Notes: generated by a model not told the origin, from the letters alone. 63,367 nucleotides of DNA, filler included, from Octopus bimaculoides (GCF_001194135.2; 6 parts of 6 records of this genome joined end to end with filler, not necessarily neighbours in it), one strand, 5' to 3'. Positions 49,205-63,328 are shown, counted from the whole stretch's first letter. Made by a program: numbers and translations.

Positions 49205-50865
49205 TAAGTACATTTCTAGAATGAATCTAGCATATCAACATTGCTCTAACTTGAAATCAGGACACTAGTATTTTGAAAAATATTGATTTTGTTTTACATT
49301 AGCTAACCTTAAAAGAAAGAAAAGAATACATATATACATACACATACACACTCATACATTCACTAAGTGGCATTATATTAAATATCATCCATCAAAACTT
49401 GTTTTTGTTTCTTCCTTTCATCCTTTTGCTCACTACAGCCAGTACCACCTCATAAACCCCCTGATATTTGTTATTTACACAAACAAGTATAAGTATACTG
49501 GTTAAAAAAAATATACACATAACCTAAATGGGATTAAGAAAGACTTGTAGTGCATTTGAACCCATGATTCTGTACAAAAAAGAGAAAGAGAAAGAGAGAG
49601 AGAGAGAGAGAGATAGAGAGTGTGTGTGCATGTGTGTATGTGTGTGTGTTGGATGAACTATTCCTAATTAATGATTGGTGCTGATTGTTGTTTAATGTTG
49701 TTAAGAGAAGAGAGTTAAGTATGTGTAAAAGCGTAATTGATAATTCCTCTCTGAAATCTAAAGATATTTTATTCTGTTTTCAATGCCACAAGTGGTACTT
49801 GAGACAACGATGGTCCTGGGGGAATACATACAAGAAAGAAATTCTCTGGTGAACTGCAGTGTTGTTGTATTTATGTGTTGGGTTGATTTGCAGTGTGTGA
49901 GTACGTGCATGGGTGAAGGTAAACTGATTCCAGTTTGATCCTGCCTGACTGAATTTCTTTCTCTCTTGGACCCTCTCTTATCATCTCAGACTTTTGGTAC
50001 CCCTCCTTAACCACATTACCATCAATCCACCCAGATTACCACTGGAATTTACACTTCATGAACTTTTTATCATGGATCTTACAGTACACTATTGGTGATA
50101 ATAGTTTCTTTTATAAGGGTCAGAGAAGTGTGTGTATGCTAACATGGTATAGCTGGTTATTGTCATCACAAACTACTTTTTGGCAGTTGCCATACTTGCT
50201 GTGTTGTATAAAAGTGTATTTGCAGCAGATGACATCTAAGGCTCAGGTATGTTCTCTTGAAAGCTAAGTGCCAACTAACTAGCTGACAGTTTTTATGTAT
50301 CTACAATATAATAATTTCTACAAGTTTTTACTAGTCTTTAGAAAGGTGACTTATGAATGTTAGTGCACAGGGGTCAGGAGGACACATTTGATTGGTTGAT
50401 CAAGACCAAACAAATAAACTATGAGTTGCTGGCCTAAAGAAACCAAAACAATTTAAATGCAAGTTGGTGCAACCTGAAAACCAAGAGTTCAGAACTCAAA
50501 TCTTGACTAGACTTCCCATTATAATTTCCTTATTCACAGAAGGAAGAATTGCAAAGCCAGCTTTACAGGATTTGGCCTCACTTTAAAGGAATTGAGTGGA
50601 AAACATTTCATCTCATTCTCTAGTTTGGCCAGTTCACTTCTCTGTATGTCTAAATATACGATTTCATTACAAAAATTTCAATGCTCTAACCAGGAAATAC
50701 AATGGACATTAAATGATTATACATACATACATACATACATACATACATACATACATACATACATNNNNNNNNNNNNNNNNNNNNNNNNNNNNNNNNNNNN
50801 NNNNNNNNTTAATTAATTAANNNNNNNNNNNNNNNNNNNNNNNNNNNNNNNNNNNNNNNNNNNNA

Positions 50866-51227
50866 TGACAACGTTTCTCTAAAAGAAATGGAAAAACTTT
50901 CAAAATACAAAGACCTGGAAATAAAGATAACTCGAATGTGGAATCTAAAAACAGAAACAATTCCTATCATTGTAGGTGCCTTAGGTATAATAAAAAATAC
51001 TCAGACAAATACATAACAAAAACACCAGGACTTACAAATATATATAACATACAGAAAATTGCACTACTGGGTACTGCACACATTCTACGCAAAACACTTT
51101 CAATACAGTAAACATAAGAGCACCACAGCAATCCACAGCACATACCCAAGGCGCACAGAGCTGCGCTCGGTAGTGAAGTGAAAGCACGTTAAAAAAATAA
51201 AACTACTGAACCATAATAATAATAATA
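50866..51227 (+). mobile_element. R4/Dong-like LINE 3' fragment ending in (TAA)n
   Basis: 'DNVSLKEMEKLSKYKDLEIKITRMWNLKTETIPIIVGALGIIK...IQKIALLGTAHILRKTL' is an R4/Dong RLE C-terminus. Confidence 0.88.
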
Positions 51228-51242
51228 AATATAAATACTTGC

Positions 51243-51636
51243 TAATAGAAATTTTAAAAAAATTGAAAAAAATGTAGCACCTGAAGGCGACTACCGTACC
51301 AGTGTTTGTAGCATCTCTAGGAATGATAAAAATATGTACTGAAACCTATTTGAAAATGATACCAGGCTTACCATCCCTACAGAAAGTGCAAACATTTTGT
51401 TAACTGGAACACTCATGTACTGAGAAGAGCATTATCGCTGTGAAAACAACATCCATTCATGAATTTATTTATTTATTAATTTGTTTTAAATACATATTTT
51501 ATCTGTGAATTTGCGCGTGTAAACTGGGAATAAATACAATGAACTTCTCTGCCCTAGGCTTACAGAAAACACTCGGCAAGAAATTGAAGAAAATTTGAAG
51601 AAAGAAAAAAAACAACATAATAATAATAATAATAAT
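51243..51636 (+). mobile_element. Second R4/Dong-like subfamily 3' fragment, ending in (TAA)n
   Basis: 'LKATTVPVFVASLGMIK...IPGLPSLQKVQ...TGT-HVLRRALS' with a different 3' UTR. Confidence 0.75.
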
Positions 51637-51639
51637 TTC

Positions 51640-52140
51640 ATTTATTTTCCATGAAGGTTAAGGGGGACAATATAAAAGACAGACATAATTAAAAAAAGGC
51701 AAGTAAGTATTCACGGTATACACTGAAAAAGAAGAGACATATTCATAGCATACAAAGGTTGAAAATAAATTGCGGGTATAACGATAAAGATGTAGCACTC
51801 CTGATACAAGAGAACCTCTAGAGAAAATCGAAGAACCCCACAGACCGAGGTTTCCCTGAATACCAAAAGTTTCTTCTCTCCGACTTATAGATCTACACTG
51901 AGTGAGGTACCATCCACTCTTGCCATTTTCGCAACTTAATCCCCAACTATCAATAAACTCACGTGCGGACAGCACTTCCCTCTCCACTCTCAATTTCCTT
52001 CTCAGGTGAAACTTGAAGTCAATGTGACCTCTTCCATAGAGAAATGTATCTGTCTTAATTACTTTCAGTCTTGTCCACCAAAGAACCTCTTTCACCACAG
52101 CCACCCGGCAAAGGAAAACTGCCTTGCCTGCCCGACTGAA
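51640..52140 (-). mobile_element. Tx1/L1-like LINE 3' end
   Basis: 'MAVVKEVLWWTRLKV...FKFHLRRKLRVEREVL' is homologous to 2976-3100; the 3' UTR ttttatattgtcccc resembles about 3325. Confidence 0.7.
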
Positions 52141-52279
52141 AAATCCGTCCCATATGTGACAACAATGCCTAGATACTGAGCGAGTATGCGCTGGACAATT
52201 TCATCACTCTGCGCTCACCTCTGACAAGCTGTCTGCAGATTTTATCTCGAACAGCAACGACAAGAACATTAATAATTAT

Positions 52280-52700
52280 GTGTGGTATCAAAACTGAAAC
52301 AGTCTCACATATTGTTAGTAAATGTAGCAAATTGGCTCAAAATCGATTACCTCGACTCCAGTGCTGAACTGGCGCTTATAATATCGATCCCGAGACGAGG
52401 AAGGGTAACATTAACTGCAGTGAAGGTGAGAACTCAAAAGGAAATGAACCGTGGCTATATGTGACAGGGAGTTTAGTCCGATACTGTAACGATTCTGAAT
52501 ATTCACTGGTATAATCTCTATCTCTTATAATGACTCAAGGTCATAATATTTTGGGGGTTTGTAGTCTATTAAATTGATCCCCAGTATTTTATTGGTACTT
52601 TATGTTTCGACCCGAGGAGGATAAGTTGACCTTCACAAGATTTGATCTCTGAATAAGTAAAGCATTTTGTCTGCCACTTCACTGATTTGGCCAATCCACC
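52280..52700 (-). mobile_element. Two decayed SINE B fragments
   Basis: aatcgattacctcgactccagtg...atcgatcccga and ccccagtatt...ggtacttt...cgacccgagg motifs. Confidence 0.6.
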
Positions 52701-52905
52701 GTTGATAAAAATAATAACAATGATAGTGTTACATAAACCCAATAACAATAACAGCAAAACAAAAATAAAAATATTAATCATTATCATCTTCATCCTCATC
52801 GCCGTCCTTATCATCGTCGTCGTCATCGTCGTTGTTGTCGACCTTGTCTCCCTCGTCATCATCACCATCACTATCGTCATCGCCATTATTGTTATTATTA
52901 TTATT

Positions 52906-53230
52906 GTTCAGTAGTTTTATTTTTATAACGTGCTTTCACTTCACTACCGAGCGCAGCTCTGTGCGCCTTGGGTATGTGCTGTGGTTTGCTGTGGTGCTCT
53001 TATGTTTACTGTATTGAAAGTGTTTTGCGTAGGATGTGTGCTGTGCCCAGTAGTGCAATTTTCTGTATGTTATATATAAAGTCCTGGTGTTTTTGTTATG
53101 TATTTGTCTGAATATTTTTTTATTATACCTAAGGCACCTACTATGATAGGAATTGTTTCTGTTTTTAGATTCCACATTAGAGTTATCTCTATTTCCAGGT
53201 CTTTGTATTTTGAAAGTTTTTCCATTTCTT
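52906..53230 (-). mobile_element. R4/Dong-like LINE 3' fragment embedded in (ATT)n, near-identical to 50890-51211
   Basis: Reverse complement matches the + copy over about 325 bp with few differences; (ATT)n on both flanks. Confidence 0.9.
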
Positions 53231-53272
53231 ATATTATTATTATTACTATTATTATTATTATTATGATTATGA

Positions 53273-53306
<34 letters not shown>

Positions 53307-55619
53307 CATCATCGCTGTTCACACATTTTATTGAAGACAGTTAACAGTCAAGCACAGTTATATTATCATAGCAATCTTTCGGTTTTAGGCATACAATGAT
53401 GATAAATGCAAAACGCTACTACAATCACCCATCTGGGAATAAATATTAATATGATACAACCCATACACACTTATAAGCATATATTACTAAACGCAATATA
53501 TAAATATACATAGATTGTGCACATGGATATACGTATTTAATATGTTATTTCATGTTTCATTCAGACAATGTATAGACCAGTAGAAAACCCATTTATATCG
53601 CATATTAATGCCAACGCGATATTCAATTTTATTTGCAGCAGATGTGCTGACTACCAAACTGCGTGTATACATACATACATATATACTTACATACATACGC
53701 ACACACATGCACACACATTCACACAGAGACACAGATGTATGTATGTATACATCTATACATACATCCACTCACACTCATATATGTATATATTATATTTATT
53801 CAGCCGCATATATATATTCATGCTTATAAGCACATGCACACATCAATTTGTATGGAATACCATGTTAGTTATAAATTGATGTTATTTTTCCTGTCCTTAT
53901 ATTTTCAATATTTCAGTGATTGCTGTAGATCTCCCTCAAAGGAACCAACATGATAAATTCTCATTGTAGGAACGGTTTACCATCTACGATATTAGGTATA
54001 ACCACATGCACACTTTTATATACATACAAACTTACATTTATGCATGTGTATATATATATGCACATCCACGTCTATACATATATCTGTACATGTTTGCATA
54101 CATACATATATACATGCACACACACTCATAGGGATAGATTCATAGATAAAATGATAGACAGATAGCGGGAGAGAGAGAGAAGAGAGAGAGATAAAGCGAA
54201 AGAGAGGGGAATAAATTTTCTCAAGTCACAAATGAAAAGACATTTCACTGCCAATAACAGTTGATGTAATGGAGAGAGTGCACAACATTAAAAATGGTGT
54301 TATTACAAATGTATTAAGTTCCAAAACCATGGGATAGACTTATACATGAAGAAAATAGATTGAGAAACGAATATTAAAGCCAATTATACCTATATTATAT
54401 ATCGGATCGAATGCATTAAGTTTCTGATATATGTGTGTGTGTTTGGGCATATGTGTATGCGTTTGCGCTTCCTTGTGTATGGGCTGAAAGTGGGGTTTCA
54501 ACGTATGCATGAATATATGAATATATATGCTTGTTNNNNNNNNNNNNNNNNNNNNNNNNNNNNNNNNNNNNNNNNNNNNNNNNNNNNNNNNNNNNNNNNN
54601 NNNNNNNNNNNNNNNNNNNNNNNNNNNNNNNNNNNNNNNNNNNNNNNNNNNNNNNNNNNNNNNNNNNNNNNNNNNNNNNNNNNNNNNNNNNNNNNNNNNN
54701 NNNNNNNNNNNNNNNNNNNNNNNNNNNNNNNNNNNNNNNNNNNNNNNNNNNNNNNNNNNNNNNNNNNNNNNNNNNNNNNNNNNNNNNNNNNATATATATA
54801 TATATATATATATAAATCAAGAAGAAGAGTACTCACCACGTTTCTTGGAGATGAAATGGTATTTGTTTAGAACTTCACTCCGCCATCCATCAATTAATAT
54901 TTTTATATATGTGTCCGTATGTGTATGTCTATGCGTGTGTATCTGTATTCATTTGTGCATGTGTGTATTTTTGCGAGTATGTGTTTGTGCGAGTTGTGCG
55001 TGAGTGTATGTATATATACATAAGACGTTCGAAATTTGCTTTTAGTGCCCGAAATCATATTCATAATCTGATGAGCATACATTATAGCTTAAATAGCAAA
55101 TGCCAGAAACGGAGGTCAGTAAAATTCAAGCAGTAACCTTCTTAGACCCAGTGGAATGAAGGATATTTACAACCCTCTACATTACAGTATTGAGTGCATC
55201 TATGGTTGGAGACATGTACATTATTATAAGGTCACCGTATATATATATATATATATATTAAATATATACTTTTATAAAACAAAATTTTACAAAATATATA
55301 GTATCTGTTAACAGTCTTAGCAAAAAGCTCACAGGTGAGTTTTTGTATATATATATATATATATATATATATGTCTCTGTAAAAGATAGAGCTCAAAATC
55401 GATGCATTGAAGATACTTTATTGCAGCAACAATTATAATAGCTGAAACAAGCTCTATCTTTTAAGAGACATATNNNNNNNNNNNNNNNNNNNNNNNNNNN
55501 NNNNNNNNNNNNNNNNNNNNNNNNNNNNNNNNNNNNNNNNNNNNNNNNNNNNNNNNNNNNNNNNNNNNNNNNNNNNNNNNNNNNNNNNNNNNNNNNNNNN
55601 NNNNNNNNNNNNNNNTGAT

Positions 55620-57014
55620 CTTTATGCGCATATTCCACAAAGTGGGATTGTTTTCGGTCGTTATCAAGTACCCTGTTCCCCTGTTGTAAATAAAAGAAAT
55701 TGAAAAGAGATGAAAATGTCAGAAATTGAGTGAAGCAATCCCAAAGATTGCTCGGCGTCCGCATTAGGGAAGAAGCATGGAATAGACGTGAAAGAAGTGA
55801 AAATGTGGAAATTAGGATTAAGGAGATGAAACTGAGAAGGAAAGGTATTATTTGTGCATAATTTGAATGTCCATGATGGTAAACATATGAATCGGCTGGA
55901 AAAGAAATGAAGGAAATTGTTTTGAGTTGATATGCAGGTAGACTTGCAGACAGTAACCGGATTGGTTGTTATTTGTAAGGCGTCGTGTTACCGCTGAACA
56001 GGTATGTGCGAGAAGCCGTTACGTGGTACGAACGCGTGCTAGAAATAGCAGTGAAATATTTCATATTTCTTTAGTGAAATGAGTTTAGGAATGATTGTAG
56101 GTAAGTTATTAGGTCTGCAGGGTCGCATTATTGAAGGAGGCAGAAAGGAAGTCGGCAAGAAGTAATGCGTGCACTGGCACGCATTCAGTAAGGAGAAGTG
56201 TAGAAAGTGTGAGTGTTTGTGCTCGTTATCAAGTAGCGTGTTCCCCTATTGATGCGGAAAGAAATTGAAAAGAGATGAAAATGCATAAAATAGAGTGAAG
56301 CGAAGCAAAAGCCTGCTCAGCGCCCGCATTACGGAAAATAATGGAATTATTTTGAAAAAAGTGAAAACGTAAAAATCAGGAGTATGGACACTGAATGGAA
56401 ACGAAACGGTATTATTGTATCATAATTGGAAAGTCCACGATAGAAAACATCGTTGGTCAAGATTGCTTTGATATAACAATGTGAAGATTTGATAGAAATT
56501 GTGGGAGGAGAGGAAACAGTGATTATGAATTTCGTTCCCAATCTTATTTGCCTGGAAATGAATTCTGTCGTATATATAAGAAAGCAGCCAGCTAGAAGGA
56601 TGGAGATATCAGTAGTGCTATAGCAGTCTGGGGTCGTTTTAAGTCTCCATACCCTAGGAAGGTTAGAGGTGAAGTGGATGATTCCATTGTACCGTTGTGA
56701 CAAGTCATTTTTATTTGCCTATCGTGGTACTTAAATGAGAACGAGATATAAGGGGTCAATGTTTTTGAGATTCCGGTTCGAATGATATGAGTGTCTTTGT
56801 TTCACTTTTGACACGTAATACTTAAATAGTGGAGGAGATATGATGTTGCTGTGGGCTCGAACTATGCAAGAAGTTAAGATTTCGTTTTACTAAAACACAA
56901 CCGGGACCCTAAGTAAGGCATGTGTAAAATTTGAATTAAATTGGTTGTGTAGTTCTCGAGTTTTAGGGATTCACACAGACACAGACAGACAGACAGACAT
57001 TCTCATTTATATAT
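55620..57014 (+). mobile_element. Non-autonomous repeat with a Helitron/Helentron-associated (HINE/Lep1-like) 3' end
   Basis: Ends aaatttgaattaaattggttgtgtagttctcgagttt...(GACA)n-ttctcatttatatat, as in DINE-1/Lep1-type elements; internal diverged direct repeat with a 565-bp period. Confidence 0.4.
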
Positions 57015-57114
57015 NNNNNNNNNNNNNNNNNNNNNNNNNNNNNNNNNNNNNNNNNNNNTTAATTAATTAANNNNNNNNNNNNNNNNNNNNNNNNNNNNNN
57101 NNNNNNNNNNNNNN

Positions 57115-57173
<59 letters not shown>

Positions 57174-57179
<6 letters not shown>

Positions 57180-58538
57180 ACAGTCTCCGAAATAATGCAA
57201 AAGTGAGCATAGCATTTACATTGATATCAAATTTTGACACAAAGCCAGTGTTTTGGTGGGAGGGAGTAAATCGTTTACAGCAATCCCGGTACTCACTTGG
57301 TATTTATTTTATCAATCCGGAAAGAATACAAGACAAAGTCGACCTCGGAAGTATTTGAACTCAGAACTTAAAGACGGACGAAATGCTGCTAAGCATTTTA
57401 CTCGACGTGCTAACGATTCTACCGGCTCGTCACCTTATGTAACTTTTACATTATCTAACATATTTCGTTTAAATTGTACTTGTTAGCAGAGTAATTCTTC
57501 CTCATCTAACATATTTCGTTCAAACTGTACTTATTAGTAGAGTAATTCTTCTTCTATAGTGATTCTTTTTCCCGTTGTTCGTTATTGTAAGCAAATAATG
57601 AGTTTCGAACAGAAGCAACGTGCCATTATTGAGGTTTTGACGAAGTAAGTATACAGGCTGTCCAACATCCACAGAAGACCACAAATTGTTTACAGAGATG
57701 ACACCATTAACAAGAAAAATGTGTACAGATGACTGAAGAATTTTAATGAAGTGGGAAACAGCTTTGAAGAAAAAATTTGTAGTGGAGACCATCAACTACA
57801 ACGGCTGACACGAATCGCTAGCGAGTGGATGCAATGATTTCGTGCAGACAGATGCGTCACAATCCTGAAGTTTGCCAAACAACTAGACTGCGATCACAGT
57901 GCATTACAGAAAACAGTGGAATACTTTGGGTATCGGAAAGTATGTGAAAAGTAGGTACCTAGGGAGTTGGCCATACTTGTATGATCCCTAAACGAAGACT
58001 CATTCCGTGGAATAGCATCATACCTTTTCTCCGAAGCCTAAGAAGTTGGAGCCAGCGATCGGCACAGACAGTCATGTTGACTGCTTTTTGGGGAATGACA
58101 AGGGTGTTGTTTTCTTTGATCTTCTGGAACATGGCTTGACCATACGGTACTTGAGACACTAAAAAGGCTTGGAGAAGCCGTTAGGAGGAAAACACCGAAC
58201 AAGAATTTGAAAACGGTCTACATTCACCGCGATATTGCATTACAACACACAGATCTGATAACAAATCATGCAATCGGCAAATTGGACAGTTCAGTAGTCC
58301 CCCACATCAGCTGTACAGCTGGGATTTAGCGTCCTCAGATTTCCACCTGTTCGGCCCAATGAAGGACAGTCAACGGGAGACAATGATTTGATGACGCAGA
58401 TGAGGTGAAAAGGGCTGTAAAGAAGATGATGCTTAAGGGGCACACCCGAAATTTTTCCGCATGGATTCTTAAGTTGGGGTCAGTGATGGTACAAATATAT
58501 CGCTTGTGATGGAGACTGCGTTGTGTAACCCCTTCGTA
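57174..58538 (+). mobile_element. Decayed mariner (DD34D-type) element carrying a SINE B insertion (57230-57440, -)
   Basis: 'MSFEQKQRAII', 'K*VPREL' (WVPREL), 'DLASSDFHLFGPMK'; ACGAGG.../...CCTTCGTA ends resemble mariner TIRs. Confidence 0.8.
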
Positions 58539-58631
58539 TAGAGGAAGAGTTATTCTGTCAACATATACAATTTGAATGACTTGTGTCCGTTAATAAAAAA
58601 GTTGTCTACAAATGCAATACTTTCGGTATAG

Positions 58632-58666
<35 letters not shown>

Positions 58667-58708
58667 TCTCTCTCTCTCTCACATACACACACACACACAC
58701 ACACACTT

Positions 58709-58739
<31 letters not shown>

Positions 58740-58829
58740 AACGCTTTTGTATTTTGTCTATGGCGATCAAATATATTTCTCATTAGTAAAACTCCTCCCC
58801 AAAGTAATATCATTTACTCATATCTCCTC

Positions 58830-59130
58830 AGCCTCAGCTACCTCCTTTCTTTCCTTCTCTTCTTCCTATTCTTCCTCCTCCCCTTCTACCTCCTCGTCTT
58901 CCTCCCACTCCACCTCCTCCTCGACCTCTTTCTTTCTTTCCTCCTCTTCCTTCTCTTCTTCTGCCCCTCCTCTTCTTCTTCTTCTTCTTCTTCTTCTTCT
59001 CCTCACCTTCCTCCTTTCTTTCCTATCTTCTTCCTCCTCCTTACCTCCTCCTTTCCTTCTCTACTTCTTCCTCCTCCACAACCTCCTCCTATCTTTCCTC
59101 CTTTTCCTCCTCCTCTCTTTCCTCCTTTTC
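58830..59130. repeat. (CCT/CTT)n pyrimidine-rich low-complexity tract running into a gap
   Basis: Direct reading. Confidence 0.9.
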
Positions 59131-59882
59131 NNNNNNNNNNNNNNNNNNNNNNNNNNNNNNNNNNNNNNNNNNNNNNNNNNNNNNNNNNNNNNNNNNNNNN
59201 NNNNNNNNNNNNNNNNNNNNNNNNNNNNNNNNNNNNNNNNNNNNNNNNNNNNNNNNNNNNNNNNNNNNNNNNNNNNNNNNNNNNNNNNNNNNNNNNNNNN
59301 NNNNNNNNNNNNNNNNNNNNNNNNNNNNNNNNNNNNNNNNNNNNNNNNNNNNNNNNNNNNNNNNNNNNNNNNNNNNNNNNNNNNNNNNNNNNNNNNNNNN
59401 NNNNNNNNNNNNNNNNNNNNNNNNNNNNNNNNNNNNNNNNNNNNNNNNNNNNNNNNNNNNNNNNNNNNNNNNNNNNNNNNNNNNNNNNNNNNNNNNNNNN
59501 NNNNNNNNNNNNNNNNNNNNNNNNNNNNNNNNNNNNNNNNNNNNNNNNNNNNNNNNNNNNNNNNNNNNNNNNNNNNNNNNNNNNNNNNNNNNNNNNNNNN
59601 NNNNNNNNNNNNNNNNNNNNNNNNNNNNNNNNNNNNNNNNNNNNNNNNNNNNNNNNNNNNNNNNNNNNNNNNNNNNNNNNNNNNNNNNNNNNNNNNNNNN
59701 NNNNNNNNNNNNNNNNNNNNNNNNNNNNNNNNNNNNNNNNNNNNNNNNNNNNNNNNNNNNNNNNNNNNNNNNNNNNNNNNNNNNNNNNNNNNNNNNNNNN
59801 NNNNNNNNNNNNNNNNNNNNNNNNNNNNNNNNNNNNNNNNNNNNNNNATAGAGATACATATATGCACACACACACACGCACG

Positions 59883-59918
<36 letters not shown>

Positions 59919-60658
59919 TACGTTTGGTTTTTTCTCTTCTGCTCATTCATTCCCAATGCATTTTCGATCAAACGTTCTTCTTCTTTAAAAAAACTAAACA
60001 ACAAAAGTGACAGCAATTCTGCAGCCACAAGCTTGAAGACAAGGTATCTAAATCTAATTTAGAAAAAACGACTTTTACATAATCTTCACGTATTGTTATA
60101 TATCTATCGTGCAGCGAAGAAAACAATGGCAGTATTTTCTCCGTAGTCACTGTTGGTGGCCTTAAACGATTGTTTCACTTTAATCTAGACTTCACCAGGC
60201 TAAACTAATCGTACGAAGGAAATAGCAGCAGAAATTGTATACAATATCTTTCAGCTGTTTATCAGGAGGGTGGAATTCTATAAACTGTTCAAAGATTTTT
60301 TTATTTATCTAAAAACGACGGTTTGATACTCAGCTTGCACTGCAAATATGTTCGTATGTTCATTGTTCTATGAATTCTCAGTATGGTCGAGTTATTCCGA
60401 TAAGTCACTGGTTTCAAGAATTATATTCTCTTGTCTTTATCTGGTTAAACCACATTTTTTACTTTTTTTTTTTCTTCTTATACCATTTCTTTTCTACTCG
60501 TCATTCATATATAAATACATGCACAAATATTTTATTTATTTGTCTTATGAGTAAATTTGACTTTACGCTGATGCCAAATTTGTGTCTACGGGACTGGAAA
60601 AACAAAACAATACACGCACAAAAAATAATACTGTCTTTAAGCAAGAAAACGAACGCGA

Positions 60659-60676
60659 TTATTACTATTATTATTA

Positions 60677-60743
<67 letters not shown>

Positions 60744-60745
60744 CA
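60659..60745. repeat. (ATT)n microsatellite
   Basis: Direct reading. Confidence 0.95.
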
Positions 60746-61954
60746 TGGATAGTAACAGACTGTTTCAGACGTGATAGATGGTCTTTCATATTGATTTTTT
60801 TTAATGATAGATTTTACATTAATGATGAATAAGGATGAATAATTTTTAGGTAATTGCTGATTTTATGGTAGTTTTGGATAACGATTGCTTCTTTCTTTTC
60901 CTTTTCCTCTTTTTCTTCTGTTCTGTTTTTTTTTGTTTTGTTTTTTTTTTTTGTTTTGCTTCATATGTCTGTCGAAAGAAATATTTGGAATATTTTCAAA
61001 TTGCAGCATTTGGAATTTAAAACTGAATATTAAGTTAGTGTATAGTTATAGAATTTACGTTCCGATGATTGTAGACATTTTCATTAGTATTCACATAAAA
61101 CTATATTTTTTCTATACACATACATACGCATTTTACGCGCATGTGGGGGTATGTATGTGTACGCGAACACATCCACACCCACACACATATGCCTACACAA
61201 TCATATATATATATATATATATNNNNNNNNNNNNNNNNNNNNNNNNNNNNNNNNNNNNNNNNNNNNTTAATTAATTAANNNNNNNNNNNNNNNNNNNNNN
61301 NNNNNNNNNNNNNNNNNNNNNNGGTGAGAGAGTTGGTATGGTTGGATGTATAAAAAACAAAATAGAATGAAAAAAAAACTACAGAAGATTTGTATTACAT
61401 GGTTAAAGAATATATTAAAATCGTCATGTTCTGAAAATGATAGAAAATTTTGTGTAAAGTAACATTGTTTTTGGAGAAATAACCGGTTTCGCATTTTCTA
61501 TTCACATTTCTCAAATTTCTTTACCGATGTTGTGTCAATCTATTCGTTACGGTGTGATGTAGAAGAATTCGAGGCAACCAGAGATTTTTAGCGGTATAAG
61601 GGAGATAATCAAAAATGTTGGGAATGATTAGGTTTTCATAATTTAACATAAAATGTGAGAAATGGTTAAGTTTTGGTTCATATTTTTCAATGAGGTGAGT
61701 TTCCTTATTCAAAAATGCTAGAAACGGTTAAGTTGTGGCTTATATTTTTCAATGAAGTAGGTTTGTTGGTGTTCCAATAACATATTGATAGAACTATATA
61801 TGTATATATAACTATGATAATAATATTGGGGATAAAAATCCAATAAATTTTTCTATATGTGACTGGATTTTCATGGAGGAGTTCAGGAATTGTGGTTCTA
61901 TTTTATTATAGTTCTTTTTAGTGTATTTCCTTATTAAAGGGGCTATTGTCTGTT

Positions 61955-62457
61955 TGGTGTGATATGAAAGGTTTGACCACTGTAAACCCTAAACCCAAAC
62001 CAAACGATAACAAATGAGATCTACTACGAGCAGCCTGAGAGGCTTAAATCAGCGCTTGAAGTAAAATGAACATTTTTGGTGTTCTTCCATTAGGATAATG
62101 CTTGGCCACATACAGTGAAGATGACTTCCAAAGGCTGGAGCAGTTTGAATGGGAAACGATGCTCCACCCATCATATTCGCCGGACGTTGTGCCATCTGAT
62201 TATCATTTATTCCACAGTCTTCAAAATCATTTGGATGGGAAAAATATGAATCCTGTAGACGAGGTTCGAACAGTACTGGAGGAGTATTTTTCGTCAGGGA
62301 CAAGTGAATTTTGGAAGAGGAGCCTTGCAGATCTCCCAGAAAAATGGAAGAGCATTGTAGAAAATGAGGGAGAGTATATTCTAGATTAAAAAATAAATTT
62401 GTTCATCTTGATTTTGGAAAATAAAAAGAATATAATTGAACCGCATTATTTATGGGA
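61955..62457 (+). mobile_element. Mariner transposase 3' half
   Basis: 'H*DNAWPH', 'LHPSYSPDVVPSDYHLFHSLQNHL...WKSIVENEGEYILD*' (YSPDL-type motif); TIR start cgcattatttatggga is cut by a gap. Confidence 0.9.
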
Positions 62458-63059
62458 NNNNNNNNNNNNNNNNNNNNNNNNNNNNNNNNNNNNNNNNNNN
62501 NNNNNNNNNNNNNNNNNNNNNNNNNNNNNNNNNNNNNNNNNNNNNNNNNNNNNNNNNNNNNNNNNNNNNNNNNNNNNNNNNNNNNNNNNNNNNNNNNNNN
62601 NNNNNNNNNNNNNNNNNNNNNNNNNNNNNNNNNNNNNNNNNNNNNNNNNNNNNNNNNNNNNNNNNNNNNNNNNNNNNNNNNNNNNNNNNNNNNNNNNNNN
62701 NNNNNNNNNNNNNNNNNNNNNNNNNNNNNNNNNNNNNNNNNNNNNNNNNNNNNNNNNNNNNNNNNNNNNNNNNNNNNNNNNNNNNNNNNNNNNNNNNNNN
62801 NNNNNNNNNNNNNNNNNNNNNNNNNNNNNNNNNNNNNNNNNNNNNNNNNNNNNNNNNNNNNNNNNNNNNNNNNNNNNNNNNNNNNNNNNNNNNNNNNNNN
62901 NNNNNNNNNNNNNNNNNNNNNNNNNNNNNNNNNNNNNNNNNNNNNNNNNNNNNNNNNNNNNNNNNNNNNNNNNNNNNNNNNNNNNNNNNNNNNNNNNNNN
63001 NNNNNNNNNNNNNNNNNNNNNNNNNNNNNNNNNNNNNNNNNNNNNNNNNNNNNNNNNNN

Positions 63060-63092
<33 letters not shown>

Positions 63093-63328
63093 TATACATA
63101 CACACATGCATGTATGTATAATGGTATACATAATTGACCCATTTTCTTCCCATCGTATGTGTGTGTATATGTGTGTGTATGTGTATGTGTGTATGCTTGT
63201 GTGCGTGTCTGTGTGTAAATATATAGATGCATATTAACGTTTATATAATTGCCTATTTCACTCACGTAAAATACATATACTTACACACAGACAGACACAC
63301 ACACACATATATTCATAATGTAAATATG

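Noticed and set aside
50540-50623. Strong acceptor followed by KEELQSQLYRIWPHFKGIEWKTFHLIL*
   Set aside because: Too short to assign, with no partner exon or family recognised.
57455-57558. ~52-bp tandem duplication inside the mariner remnant
   Set aside because: Ordinary slippage or repair duplication with no further structure.
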